Source of the DNA: Cyanophora paradoxa CCMP329
Taxonomy: Eukaryota > Plantae > Glaucophyta
Assembly (NCBI GenBank): GCA_004431415.1
Contig: QPMI01000444.1
Span: forward strand, 201,417 to 265,416
Length of the DNA: 64,000 nucleotides
Direction of reading: 5' to 3'
Under the pieces are notes generated by a model, which was not told the origin of the DNA, did not search any database, and was given only the letters and a program-made list of their open reading frames with translations. Position numbers and translations under genes: made by a program. This document shows, one piece after another, positions 11,783 through 24,400 of this stretch; positions within the stretch are counted from its first letter, which is position 1; the number at the start of each line of letters is the position of its first letter.

Positions 11783-12702
11783 GCGGCAGCCGCGGGCCCC
11801 CCACGTGCACCCGCGCGGCTGCCCGCAGCGGCGCGCGGCCGTTCGCATGCGCAGCGGTCTCGAGTAGGCCCTCGCCCCTTATTCAGCTCAGTTAAAAGGC
11901 ATCTAAACAGGCATCAACCGCACACGGAAACAGCCGCCGTCAGCCGCCGCTGAGCCGCGAGTCGGGGGGATACAGCGCATTAAATATTAATTGCACGTCG
12001 GCCTCGCCTGACCGGTACCGACGTCGGACCAAGCTCGAGCGCATCAATTTGAGTTTGGCAGCTAATTTGTCGCGCCTGCAGCTTTAGCTGTAGCCTGTAG
12101 CTAGCTAGCTGCGCTAGCTAGCTCTCCCTCCGGTTGGTTGACCACCAACCTCTTCCGCCCACAGTCTTGTGCGGCGCCGGTTAGCGCGTAGACCGGATAG
12201 AGGGGCTCCGTTCCCCAGGACTCACGCCCTTTGTTCACAGCGTCGAAGTCGTGCGCATGCCATACGTGTAGTGTGTGCTGTACATGTACCCATAGACGCG
12301 TGTCACAGGCCGTGTTTGTTCAATTGCATGCATGTCGCTGTTCAGCGGCGCGTGGTCTGAGGCGGCTCGCTTCCATCGCCCCGGCCCGAGCTCGGAGGAG
12401 CGCCATCGGCAGCAGGAAGGTGCACTTTGCAAGTTGCGTACGCGCGTGGTCTGATCATGAAGCGGCTCGCTTCCATCGCCTCTGCGCGCAGTCATCCTCG
12501 ATGACGCCGAGGATGTGCTTACGACGCCGGAGGCGCGGGAGTGGCAGAGCGGGCCTCTCTCGCGCACGCCTACTATCCAGACGGCAGCCGCTCCTCCGCT
12601 CTCGGTCCGGACGAGCGCTTCGGGCAGCGCACGGCTTTTCTTTGAGATTCCGGAGCGCAGCGGGCTGCAGCGTTATCCGCTGGCCTCCACTTTGCAACGG
12701 CG

Positions 12703-14828
12703 ATGGAGCGAGTGTGCAGGTACTCTGTCGAGGCATTCCCGGAGTGCGCGGACTGGCGGGACGGTGTCGTGGAGCGCTTCTTCGACAGCCTGCGCCTGGA
12801 AGAGGCCGACCGCCGCTGCCTCCGCTCTGCAGACGCCCGCGCCGCGCTCTCACCGCCACCGGAGCCGCCGCCCGAGGCCGAGCGCGCGCGCGGCGTCGAG
12901 CACGCCGTGGTGCGCCCCTCCGCGCAATAGTGGTGGCGCGCGGTCTCGCTCAGCGGGGCCGGCGCAGGCGTTCGCGGTGCGGGAGCGGCGCGGGTACGAC
13001 GCGCGGACGCGGGCGGCGTGCGCGGGGCTCGCGGGGGCCTGGGGCGCCCCCGCGCTCTTCGCCGAGGCGGAGGCGCGCCTCTCCAGCACCCTCGCCGCCG
13101 CCGTCGGGCCCGCCGCCGCCCTCGCCGACGGCCAACAAGCGGGCGCCCCCGACGTCGACGGCGGGGGGCAGCGGGCGGCTCCGGGCGCGGGGCCGGGCGG
13201 CGGTTCCTGGGGCCGGATGGCTGGTCAGAGGCGCTGCGCTCGAAGTGGGCGGCGGCGGCGGCGGCGCTCGCCGTGGGCGGCCTGGTGACCGCCGGCGGGG
13301 CCCTCGCCCTCGCCCCCGTCCTCGCGGGGGCCCTCAAGGCTCGCGCACCCTCCTCGCACGCCCGCGTCTGCCCCCTGACCCGACGCGTGGGCGCAGCTGC
13401 TGAGCGTGCCGGCGGCGCTCTCGCTGAAGGCCCTCTCGCTGCTCGTCTCGGGCCTCTTCGGGGCCGCCGGCGCCGGCCTCGCCGGCTTCCGCGTCGACCG
13501 CGCCGCCTCCGGCCTCTCCGAGTTCGCATTCAGGCCCGCCCCGCGCCCTACTTAGATTCGGGTACCCGATAACTACGCTTTCCGGCTGACGAGAGGTCGC
13601 GCAGGCCGGTGCCTAGGGAGCGGGAGGGCGGGGCGGCGCCAGCGGGCCCCGCCCTGCACGCTGTCGTGGCCGTGCCGGGATTCCTCCCGGAGGCGCCCCC
13701 CGGGGCCGACCGCGCCGCCGCCCGCGCCTCGCTCGAGGCGGACTGGGCCCGCCCCCTCCGCGCCCTCGTCCGCCCCGTCCCCGGCCCCACAGCCAGCGCC
13801 TCCTTACACCCCTTCTCGCAGGACCTCTCGGAGGAGGGGTACGTGCTCGCGTGGGAGGGCGACGTGCTCTCCGACCTCGGGGAGGTGCGGAGGCCCCGTA
13901 CCCCCCTCCCGCGCCCTCCCCCGAGCCGCGGGGCCGAGGGGCCTGCAGCTGGTGGGCGGGCTGGCGAGGGGGGAGGTGGCGGCGCACCTGTCTCTGGGGG
14001 ACGTGCTGGGGGGCACGTGGGCGCGGGCGCAGGCGAAGTGCGAGAAGGCGGCGGGGGTGCTGGCGGGGGTGCTGCGGGGGCGGGTGGCGGGGCGGCGGCC
14101 GGTGAGCCTCGTGGGGGCCTCCCTCGGCGCCCGCCTCGTCCTCGAGGCCCTCGCCGACCTCGCCCGCTCCCGCTCCCCCGGGGTGCCCCGCCCCCGGCCC
14201 CTCCCCCCTCCCCCCGTTCCGACGGGGCGGGGCGGGGCCGCCGGGCGGGGCCAGGTGGTGATGCACGCGGTGCTGGTGGGGCCCCGGGGCGGCGGGGACG
14301 CGGAGGCGTGGCGCCGCGCGCGCTCCGTCGTCGCCGGCGGCCTCGTGTGCGTCCGCAGCGCCCGCGACCCCGAGCTGCGCGCCGCCTCCCGCGTGCCCCT
14401 GCTCGGCCGCGAGCCGGCGGGGCGCGCCCCCGTCCCCGAGCCCGGTCCGCCCCCTCGATGCAGCTGCAGACCTCCCCTCTCCGGATCCCCGACTCTGCAG
14501 GCGCCCCTGACTCTGGCTGCGGGCGGCAGGGGTGCTGGACGTGGAAGCGTCGGACCTGGTCGCCTCGCACGCCGCGTACGCTCCGCGGGGCCCCGAGGAG
14601 GGCGCCCTGGCCGCCGCCCTCGCCCGCGCCGCCTCTGCCCTCGAGCTCGAGCTTGCGCATTCCGCCGGCGGCGGAGGCCTCGCCTCGCAGCCGGGGGCCG
14701 CCGGCGCCGGCCCCGCCCCTGAAGTCGATCCGCCCACGCGTACAGGCGCTGGCCCCACCCCCGACGGCGACGTACGCGTCGTTTCCCCGAGCGCTAGCCC
14801 CGAGTCAGAACTCGAGGACACTCTGTAG
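12703..14828 (+). CDS. TMCO4 / DUF726 family alpha/beta-hydrolase-like membrane protein (start approximate)
   Basis: Motifs GYDARTRA, hydrophobic AAALAVGGLVTAGGALALAP, LFGAAGAGLAG...GLSEFAF, WARAQAKCEKAAGVLA, RPVSLVGASLGARLV (GxSxG), RSVVAG, DLVASHAAY. Confidence 0.85.
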
Positions 14829-15063
14829 CCCGCTCTTGTCTCGTCACTGCGTTATTGATTTATTCGATCAAGATCTAGAGGCGGATCACGCCGCTAGCGT
14901 TAGCGCTAGCGCTTGTTCAGCAGCTCCAGCTAACCGTGGGGGTACCGTACTACCACACATCACAGCATCACAGTTGCTTTACGCGTACGAGCTTCACGTA
15001 GCTGCAGCATCCTCAGGCACTCGAGGGGCGCAAGACGCGTCCAGCCGGCGCGCCCAGCCGCCG

Positions 15064-17490
15064 ATGCTGCTTCGCTGGGCGCTCGGCTTCCGGCGGGCGG
15101 CATACAGCGCGCGGAGCACCGCGCGGAGCTCATTCTTAGATCGTCCAGCGCCGGTCGTCGTCCGCTCTTTCGCCGCGGCGGTGGGCTCTGGCGTGCTCGC
15201 CGCGGCCAAGGCGGACGCAAGATCGCAGAGCGCGCGAGTGAGCATCGCGCGATCGCCTTTGCGCTTCCGCGGGTTATCTTCGTCGTCGCGGCCTGCCGAG
15301 GCCATATCGACCGGAGCGACGAGAGCGTCGACGGCCGTGCTCGCCGAACGAGCCCAGAAGAAACGCGAGCGGCTGGCGGCTGCGCGTAAAGCGGCGGCGT
15401 CGTCGTATGTGCAGCAAACATCGAGCGCGGAAGCGGCTCCCGCATGCCCCCCGGCGGCGCCGGCGGCGAAGGCGCCCCCGTCGACCTTGACCGCCGAGCG
15501 CGCGCGGGAGCAAGAGGCGCAGCCGGAGCCGCAGAAGCAGCCGCAGCCTTCGGCCTCGGGCCAGCCATCGCCGCCCCGGGAGCGCGGCGGGGCGGCGATG
15601 CAGAAGCTGGCGGGGCGGCTGCGGCTGGACCTGGCACAGGCGGAGAAGCTGCTGCGGGACGTGCCGGAGCTGGCGGAGTGCGACCTGGGCGAGCTCGCGC
15701 AGACGGCGAACGTGCTCGCCGCCGAGACGCTCCTATCGAGCGCGGCTCTGCGGGAGGTCATCCCGCGCCTCGCGCGGCTCCTCCGCCTGGGGCCGGCCGA
15801 GGTGCAGGCGCGCCTCCGCGTCATGCGCGAGCGCACGGGCATCTCCCGCAAGCGCCTCGGCGCCCTCCTCTCCGCCTACCCCGAGATGCTCCGCCACAGC
15901 GTCGAGAACGCGCGCCCCGCGCGGCCCCGCCCCGCCGGCCCGCCCCGCGCCGAGCCGAGCCGGCGCCGCGCAGTTTGAGGAGCGCTTTGAGACGCTGGAG
16001 GCCGTCTTCGGCGTGCGCGGGGAGGCGTGCTTCGCCGAGGGTGCGCGCTCGCCCTGCTCCGCGCCGCCGCCCCCGCGCCGCCGCCGACGAGCGTGCGCGC
16101 GCAGTGTCGGTGACGGCGGGCTCGCCGGACCGTGTGCCGCTCGTGGCGGTGGCCTCCCCGGACTCGCTGCGGGGCATCTACGCCGCCCTCCAGCGCATCG
16201 GCCTCTCCGCCGAAGAGGTGCCCCCGCCGCCGCGGGGCCCGCCCCGCCCCGCCCCGGCCCCGCCTCAGGGGCTCGCGCAGGTGCACGCGATGGGGCGGCG
16301 GTGCCCGCGGCTGGCGTCGGCGTCGGTCTTCAGCATCATGTCGTCGGTGAACCACCTGGTGGACGGCCTCGGCATGTCCCGCTCGCACGTCGCCGCCGTC
16401 GCCCGGCGCGAGCCGGAGGTCCTCACCGCCGGCGCCGACGCCCTCCGGCCCCGCCTGGAGGCCCTCGAGGAGGCCGGCCTGCCCCGCGAGTCCCTCGGGC
16501 CCCTCCTCGCCGCCGCCGCCCGCTCCCAGCGCAGCCTCCTCGGCGCCGCGCAGGGCCCCCTCCTCCTTGCCCGCATCCGCGCCCTCTCGGCGGCGCTGGG
16601 CGTCGAGGGGGCCGACCTGGCGGAGGTCCTCACCCGCAACCCGCACGCCCTCGCCCCCGGGGTCCCCGCCCTCGCCGGCGCCCTCCGCGAGGCCCTCGCG
16701 GGGCGCCTCGGCCTCGAGCCGGCCGAGATCGCCTCCATCGTCTCGCGGGCGCCCGAGCTCCTCATCTGGCCGGCCGGCCCCCGCGTCGTCCGCGAGCTGC
16801 TGCGGTACGGGTTCGCGGCGTCGCTGGTGGCGGACATGGCGCGGCGCTGCCCCAAGGCCCTCCTCGTCGACGTCGAGCAGGCGCTCCTCCCCAAGCTCGA
16901 CTTCCTCACGAAGCAGCACGGCGTCTCGCTGCACGCTATCGCCGCGAGCCCCGTGATCCTCACGTACAGCCTGGAGGATCGCCTGGCGCCCCGCGTGGAG
17001 CACATGGGGCGCCACCTCCCCGCCTGGCACCGGCTCTTCCGCCTCGAGACCGTCTTCCACTGCGACGACGCCAAGTTCGCCGCCCGGTACCCGGCGCCGG
17101 GGGCGGAGGCCCCGGGGGCGCCGGCGTCGCCGACGTGGGTGGCGGGGCGGCTGCCGCCGGCGGCGCCCACGGACGAGGACGAGCGGTACCTGCTGGAGCG
17201 GGAGCGGCGGGCGGCGCGGTTGGCGCAGCAGGAGGCGTGGCGGCAGCGGCGGCGGGAGGCGAAGCTGCGGGAGCGGGAGGCGGGGGCGGCGGGGAGGAGG
17301 AGCGGGGCGGGCGGCGGCGGCGGCGTGGAACGTGGCGATGCGGGCGCGGCGGGCGGAGCGGCTGGCGGCCGCCGAGGCGCGCCGCCTCGAGGCCCTCCGC
17401 GAGCACCTCAGCGAGCTCGGCCGCAACGTCGACCCAGGCTCCCCCGCCAGCGACCCGCCCCCCAACCCGCCCCCGCCACTTGCCCTCTAG
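15064..17490 (+). CDS. mTERF-repeat organellar nucleic-acid-binding protein
   Basis: Arg/Ser/Ala-rich presequence MLLRWALGFRRAAYSARSTARSSF. mTERF repeats such as RRCPKALLVDVEQALLPKLDFL...SPVILTYSLEDRLAPRVEHM. A probable G-run indel near 17290 puts the likely stop at TAG 17488-17490. Confidence 0.85.
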
Positions 17491-18491
17491 CCTCTACCCC
17501 GCCCTGTGGCCGTGCGGCGCACGTCACGTGCTTTTGGGAATTTTGCTGCATATGCGCATGCGTGTTTTTCGATAAAGACCCTGAATGGCCCTCGCCGCCT
17601 CATTCAAACCTGATTCATCATGCTCGGACTTCGTGAATCATTTGCGATCGTGCGAATCGGTGCGATTCGCGACAAAGGGGCGGCGGGAAAGCCCCATGTT
17701 CAGCTTGGGGTTAGGAAAGTATCGGATAAGACTGGTTACCCAGTGACTCTCCAGCGAAAATCTAACGAAACGCCATGCGACAGCCGCCCAACGGCAAAAG
17801 CTGTACCCACTTAGAGGGTGAATTAATTGTTCCGTCCACGCGTACGGCTTCCATAACTGGTGCGGGTAAAAAGCATACGCATATATTTATACACATTCTA
17901 ACATGTACATATGCATGCATTTTTATCCGCAAGCGCGACCCATGCACCCATGTAGACATTGTACATGTGTGCGCTCACTGCGCTGCCGGCGCCGCGCTTC
18001 AAAGTACTGTACCCTGGCCTCCCCGGCTAGCAGCTGCGCGCGGCCGCGACTATCAAGGCCTCTGGACGGGCACGGAGGCGCTGAGGAGCTGCCCCGCGAG
18101 TCGGCGCATCTAGGCGTCGGCCTGGCTAAAGGCGCGTTCGCGTTCGTTTCTCTGTGCCGACAAAGGCATTGAGGCGAGAGCGCCTTGCCCAAGCAACCAC
18201 CTCTCGGCGGGTTCGTCTAGAGGATCGCCGCGGCCTGGCAAGGTTCGCACATATCCACGAAAGCGGCCCGCTGTGCTTCAATCCCGACGCTTTCGCGTGG
18301 TCGGTCCGACCTTTCCATGCTGACCTTACCAGCAGGCTGCAGCCACGGCGCCGGCGAGCGAGATCGCGTCGCACGTCGCGCTGGGATAGCTTAGGGTGAA
18401 CGTGGCGAGCGAGCCGAGGGCGGCTTAACTTGAGCGCCACGCGCAACTTCGAACGCGCTGCGCGTTTCCACAAGGAAGCGTCGTGAGCGAT

Positions 18492-21400
18492 ATGGATTCC
18501 TTCCCAGGTCCATCATGTGTCTCCTCTTTTCAGTGTGCCTTCCCGCGTGTGACTCTCGCTGCCGCAGGCTACGTAACGACGGAGGCAAGTGTTCTGCAGA
18601 CTAAGCAAAGCAACGCGCACGCGAGCCGCCTGACGCTTGCGCGTTTCCAGGTGGTATGCGAGCGTCGCAACAGAATGCTGATCCGGGCCGTTCGCGCGTC
18701 GGATGGTTCGCACCCGCCCTACCGCCGCGGCATTGGCCGACATCGCGGCGCAGGCATGGCCGTGGTCCTCAAAAAGCTCAACGAAGATTTCTAGTGCGTG
18801 ATTCCGTTAGAATCCTCGCTTTCCGCTCCTGACGACTTCCGCAGCGATTATCCGAACCTCCAGGCGCCCGCCGCCGCCGCCAGCTCCAGCCCCGCTTTTC
18901 TGACCGCATCGCCCTTCGCAGAAACTCAAGCGAGAATTTAGCATCATGGTTCGCCCCAAAGCGGAGGCGTCGCCACGCGCGCCTCACGCGGGCGGCGCCT
19001 GCGCAGACTGTTGTCGCGGGGCCTTACGTCCTGAAGGCATATGAGCTTGCGGTCTCCTCCAGCACGGCAGCGATTGTCATGGAGGCTCGCGCACCGCCCT
19101 GCCTCCCGCCTGCGCGCGTTGCGCGGGGGCCGAGCGGGGGCGGCGGGGGCGCAGGACATCGGGGGGCGCTCGCTGGACGAGGTCGTGAACGGCAAGCCGA
19201 TGTCGCTGGGGGTTTTCCTGCCCATCGCCATACAGCTCACGACGGCGCTCGGCGTCGTCCACGGCGCCAACGTCGTCCACAGGGACGGTCCGCCCGCCCC
19301 CGCCCCGCCCCCGCCCCGCGCCAGCTGAGCGCGCGCCGGGGGGGGGGAGCAGTGAAGGCGGGGAACGTGATCGTAAACCTGAACAACCCGGAGGAGAACC
19401 GCGTGCGGCTGGCCGACTTCGGCCTCGCCGGCTACATCCAGGACTCGTACACCCAGAGCGACATGGAGGGCAGGCGCGCCCCCCGGCCCCCGCCGCCCCG
19501 CCCCGCCCCGCCCCGCCCGGCGCGGCCGCCGACGCCCTCCCCAGCCTGGCGTACATGGCGCCGGAGCAGACGAAGCGCATCCACTGCGTCGTGAACCAGC
19601 GCTCCGACCTCTACAGCCTCGGCGGTGCTCCCGGCTCCCTGCCTGCGCGGCCTGCGCGCGCGCCCCTCGCGCGCCCCTCACGCCCCCCTCCTCCTCGCAG
19701 TCACCTTCTACCAGTGCCTGGTCGGGCACCTCCCCTTCACGTGCGCCCCCCCCCCCCCCCTTCTCCCCCCCCCCCTCCCCTACCCCCTCCCCCTCCTCCT
19801 CCGCCGCCCGCGCCAACGAGGAGCGCCGGCAGCGGAGACTCCCTATCGATCATACACGGGCACCTGGCCCGCAAGGCTACCCCCGTCCGCGTGATCCGGT
19901 GCGCGGAGCGGCGCGGCCGGGCCGGGGCCACCCTGGGCTGACGCGACCCCGCGCAGGCCCGAGATCCCCGAAGTCATCAGCGCCATCGTAGAGAAGGCGA
20001 GCGGCGCGGGGCGGGGCGGGGCCGCGCGGGAGGCTGCGCGGCGCTGACGTGACGGGCGCGCAGCTGATGGAGAAGTCGCCGGACGACCGCTACCAGTCGG
20101 CGTACGGCGTCCGCGAGGACCTCTTCAACTGCTACACGCAGCTCCGCTCGGGGCCCGGCATCATCAGCACCTTCAAGGCCCGCCCTCTCGTCCCGCAATG
20201 CGATGCTCGCGCTCACTCTCGGGGCAGCTGGCGTCGCGGGACTTCCCGTGCACGCTGCAGCTCTCGACGCGTCTGTACGGGCGGGAGTGCCTCATCGACC
20301 AGCTCGTCGCCGCCTTCGTCGCCGTCTTCGGGTCCCTCGACGAGATCAACCGCGAGATCGAGCGGCGCAGCGCCCCGGCGCTCGGCGGCTCCTCCCACCA
20401 CTCGGGCCACCGCCACAACGGCCCCTCGCCGGACGGGGCGCAGGACTCCTCGGCCGCCGCCTCGCAGGAGCGGAGCCCGGCGCGGGCGACCTCGCCGGGG
20501 CCCTCGGTGCTCCGCGGCGCCGGCACGCTGGCGCCCTCGCAGCCCGCGCGCCGCGGCGTGCTCGTCATCCGCGGCGTCTCCGGCATCGGCAAGACCGGCC
20601 TTGTCCTCCGCTTCGTTCAGGTGGGCGGGGAGGGCGGCCCGCGACGGGCGGGGCGGGCGCCGAACGGGGCGCTCGCGCGCGCGCGCAGGACGTTGCGACG
20701 GAGCTGCCGGTGATCTTCCTGCGGGGCAAGTACGACCATAACACGTGCGCGTCGCGCCCCTACAGCGCCATCATCGCCGCCATCGTCGGCCTCGTCCAGC
20801 AGGTCCCCTGCCCCTCTTCCACCCTTTCTTTCTCCCGCCCCCTCGCTCACCCCCGCGCAGCTGCTGGCGGACAACGAGCGGCTGCTCGCCGTCCAGCCGC
20901 GCATCATCGCGACGCTCGGCGAGAACGCCTCGGTCCTCGTCGACCTCATCCCGGAGGCCAAGCACCTGCTGGGCACGGGCGTCGAGCTCGCGCCCGTCCC
21001 CCCGCTCCCGCCGGCCGAGACGGCCCTGCGCCTCACCACCACCGTCTGCCAGCTCCTCGAGTCCCTCTACCCCCTCGTCGTCTTCCTCGAGTGCGCCGCG
21101 CCGCACCGCCGCGCCCCCTTGCTCCTCGCCCTCGGCGTCTGACGGGCCCCCCGCAGCGACATGCAGTGGGCCGACACCGCCTCCCTCAAGCTCGTGCGCC
21201 CCCTCCGCTGCCCTCCCCTTCCGCCCCCGCCCCCGCCCCCGCCCGAGCCGCGCCGAGCCGCGCGCCGCCCAGATCCGCCGCCTCGCCACCTGGCCCTCCA
21301 TCGACTGCCTCCTCATCTGCGCGTGGTGCGCCCCCCCTCTTCCTTGCCTAGCAGCGCCCGCTGCCGGGGGCCTCGTCGAGCCGCCGGGGGCGGGCAGCCG

Positions 21401-24400
21401 GAGCAACGAGGTGCGGCCGTCGCACCCGATGGCCCTCGCCATCGACGAGATCCGCTCCAGCGGCGTCCCCACCTACGTGCGCCCTTTCTTTTCCCCCGCT
21501 CCCCCTCCCCGAGATTCCTTCGAGGATTTCACGACTCTACGGTTGTCGGAGAGCTAAACGGGCCCCTGTTTCGGGCGCCGGATCTCGCACGTCTCGTAGG
21601 GTTTCCGTCCGGCGCTGACGCGGGTCTGCTGCGGGCGGGGCGGGGGCAGGACATCGACGTGGGCCCGCTGAGCGTGGAGGACGTGAACGGGTTCCTGGCG
21701 GCGACGCTGCGCTGCCAGGCCGCCGACTCCGTCGAGCTCGCCCGCCTCATCCACTCCAAGACCGACGGCAACCCCTGTGCGCCGCCCCCCGCCTCCCCTG
21801 CTTCCCCGCCTCCTCCTTCTCACCCTGCCCCGCCCAGTCTTCATCCGCAGCTTCCTGAACACGCTCTATAGCCAAGAGAAGATCAAGATCGACTACCAGA
21901 CGGGGGGTTGGCACTGGAACGTCTCGGACATCGAGCACATGAAGTGAGCCGAGCCGCTCCCCCTGGGCCCTTTCTTTCTTTCTCTCTTCTCGCCCGGCCC
22001 GGAGCGGGGCGGCTGACGTACCGGGCGCGGGGCGCAGCTACACGGACAACGTCGTGGACATGCTCGTCTCGTACATTTCGCAGCTCTCGCCGGCGGCGCA
22101 GGAGATGCTCAAGCTCGCCTCCATGTTCGGCAACGCCTTCGAGGTCCCCCTGCTCGCCGTCACCGCCGCCCGGCCCCAGGAGGCCATCATGGTGCGCCCG
22201 CGCCGTCCCCCCGCCGGACAGCGAGGAAGGGCGCAGCCCAAAGAAACATGATCTGAATGGAGAGGACGTTCTTTTCGCTTCCGAGAGCGAGAGATAGGCC
22301 ACGAAAATCAAAGGAAAGACTGGCGCTAAAGAAGAATTTTCTTATTATCGGCGGCGAAAAGTTTCAGAGATCGGTTTTCGAATTTTCGCTGGTTTCCTGT
22401 GTTCTTCCTCTTCTTCCCTTCTCGCCTCTACGTCCCTCCTCAACGGCGGGGCGGCGCAGTCGGCGGTCTCGGAGGCGATCCACAAGCGGCTGATCGTCTC
22501 CGTGAGCGCGGAGACGTACCGCTTCGTGCACGACCGCGTGCAGCAGGCCGCCGCCCGTGCGCTGCGCCCCTCCTCCCTCCTTTCCCCTCCCTCCTCTTCC
22601 TAAAAGGAACCTTCTTCTCCTTCTTCTTCTCGTTCTTCCAGTTCTGGTGGCGCCCGAGGACCTGCCGGCGCTGCACCTCCGCATCGGGCGGCGGCTCCTG
22701 GCGGCGCGCTCGCGGGACGCGGGGGCCCCCGCCGGCATGCGCGAGGCCCGCGGCGGCAACCACGAGGACAACATCTTCGAGGCGCGCGCACGCGCGCGCG
22801 CCGCCGCCGCCTAGGCGCGCTGGCCGGGCGTGACCCCGCGGCCTCTGGGCCCGCGCAGGTGGTGGCGCACTACAACCGGGGCGTGGCGCTCATCGACGAG
22901 TTCGAGGAGCGCTGCCGCCTCGCGGAGCTCAACCTGCAGGCCGGCGCCAAGGCCTCCACCTCCACCGCCCACGAGGCCGCCCGCTCCTACTTCGAGGTAC
23001 ACGCACCCGCCACCGCTCCCCTCGCGCCCCGCGCCACCCCCTCCTCACCGCGCCGCCCCCGCCCCAGGCCGGCGTTCGGGCGCTCTACCGCCTCCCGGGG
23101 GGCTCTCCCCCCGGGGAGCGGGAGCCCCAGGAGGGCGCTCCCCCGCCCCCCGAGCAGCGCCCGATCCGGCACGCCGAGCTGCGCGAGCGGCAGGGGGACC
23201 TGGACGCCAGCGAGGCGTCGCGGGGCCTGGGCACGCGGCTCCTGCTGCGCCTCGCGGAGTCGGAGTACCTGTGCCAGAACTTCAGGGCGGCGGACGAGCA
23301 CCTGAGCTACATCGAGGGGCGGGCGGCGTCGCTGCGGGAGAAGCTGGACGCGTTCCGCCTGCGCGTCAACATGCTCTCGACCGCGAACCGCTTCAAGGAG
23401 GTCGTGGAGCGGGCGCTGGCGGTCGTGCGCGAGTTCGGGATCGAGATCGAGCGGGGCGAGGACGGGACGGTGCCCCAGGCGCGCATCGACGAGGCGTACG
23501 CGGCCATGTGGCGCGCCTGGGAGGCGCGCGGCGTCGATGCCAACCTCGACGAGTTCGTCGCCGGCCACCCCGTGCGCCCCGCCCCGCCCCGCCCTGCCCC
23601 GCCCCCCGCTGCACCTCCCCTGCCGCCCCTGATCTTCCCCCCAGGTGGGGAACGAGGACGACGAGTTCACGTCGCTCCTCTTCGCCCTCGTCGAGGTCAT
23701 GGGTGCGCTCCCCGTCCCCGCCGGCGGATCCGGGCCGCCCCGCGCCCCGTCCGACGCCCTCCCGCCCCTCTGCCGCAGCCGTCATGTACCTCTCGAGTGC
23801 GCCGCGCCCCGGCCGCGCCCGCCCCGCCTCGCCGCTGACGCCGCGTGCAGCGACGTTCGGGCCGTACCAGGTGCTGGCAGCGAGCGTCGTGCGGCTCTGC
23901 ATCGAGCGCGGCGGCAACGCGGCGGCCGTCTCCTGGTACGGCTACATGTGCTTCATCCTGTCGGGCATCCGCAAGGACTACGAGGGGGCCGTCCGCATGC
24001 GCCGCCTCTGCCTCGCCGTCATCAACCGCGAGGGTACCTCCGACTTCCTCCGGTGCCCCCGGCCCCCCTTCCCCCGCCGCCCAAGAGCGCCCGCTGAGGC
24101 GCGCCGGCGGCGCAGCGGCCGCGTGCTCGTGTGCGCGCTCTGCACCTTCCCGGTCGGCTCGAACTGGCTGGCGGGGATCCCGCCGATGGCGGAGGCGGCG
24201 CGGCACTCGCAGCAGGCGGGGGACCTCAACAACGCCCTCTACTCCATCAACCAGCAGCTCTGGATCTCCTTCTTCGCCGGCGTGCCCCTCGGCGACATGT
24301 ACGAGACCAGTGCGCCGCCCCCCGCGCCCCCGCTGGCTCGCCACCTCCCCCCGGTTGGAGCCGCCCCCCTCACGCCGTGTGCGGCGCCGCGCTCGGCGGG

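Noticed and set aside
17270-17340. Programmed frameshifts or pseudogenisation in mTERF, the cyclase linker and the 37-42 kb gene
   Set aside because: The frame changes fall in very GC-rich low-complexity stretches, often at G/C runs, and conserved domains are intact. Long-read indel errors or unrecognised introns are more likely; this needs read-level checking.
18790-18846. In-frame TAG in the kinase suggesting readthrough or an alternative genetic code
   Set aside because: The codon is split by an intron (TA|gtgcgt...cag|C = Tyr). TAG and TGA terminate other genes normally.
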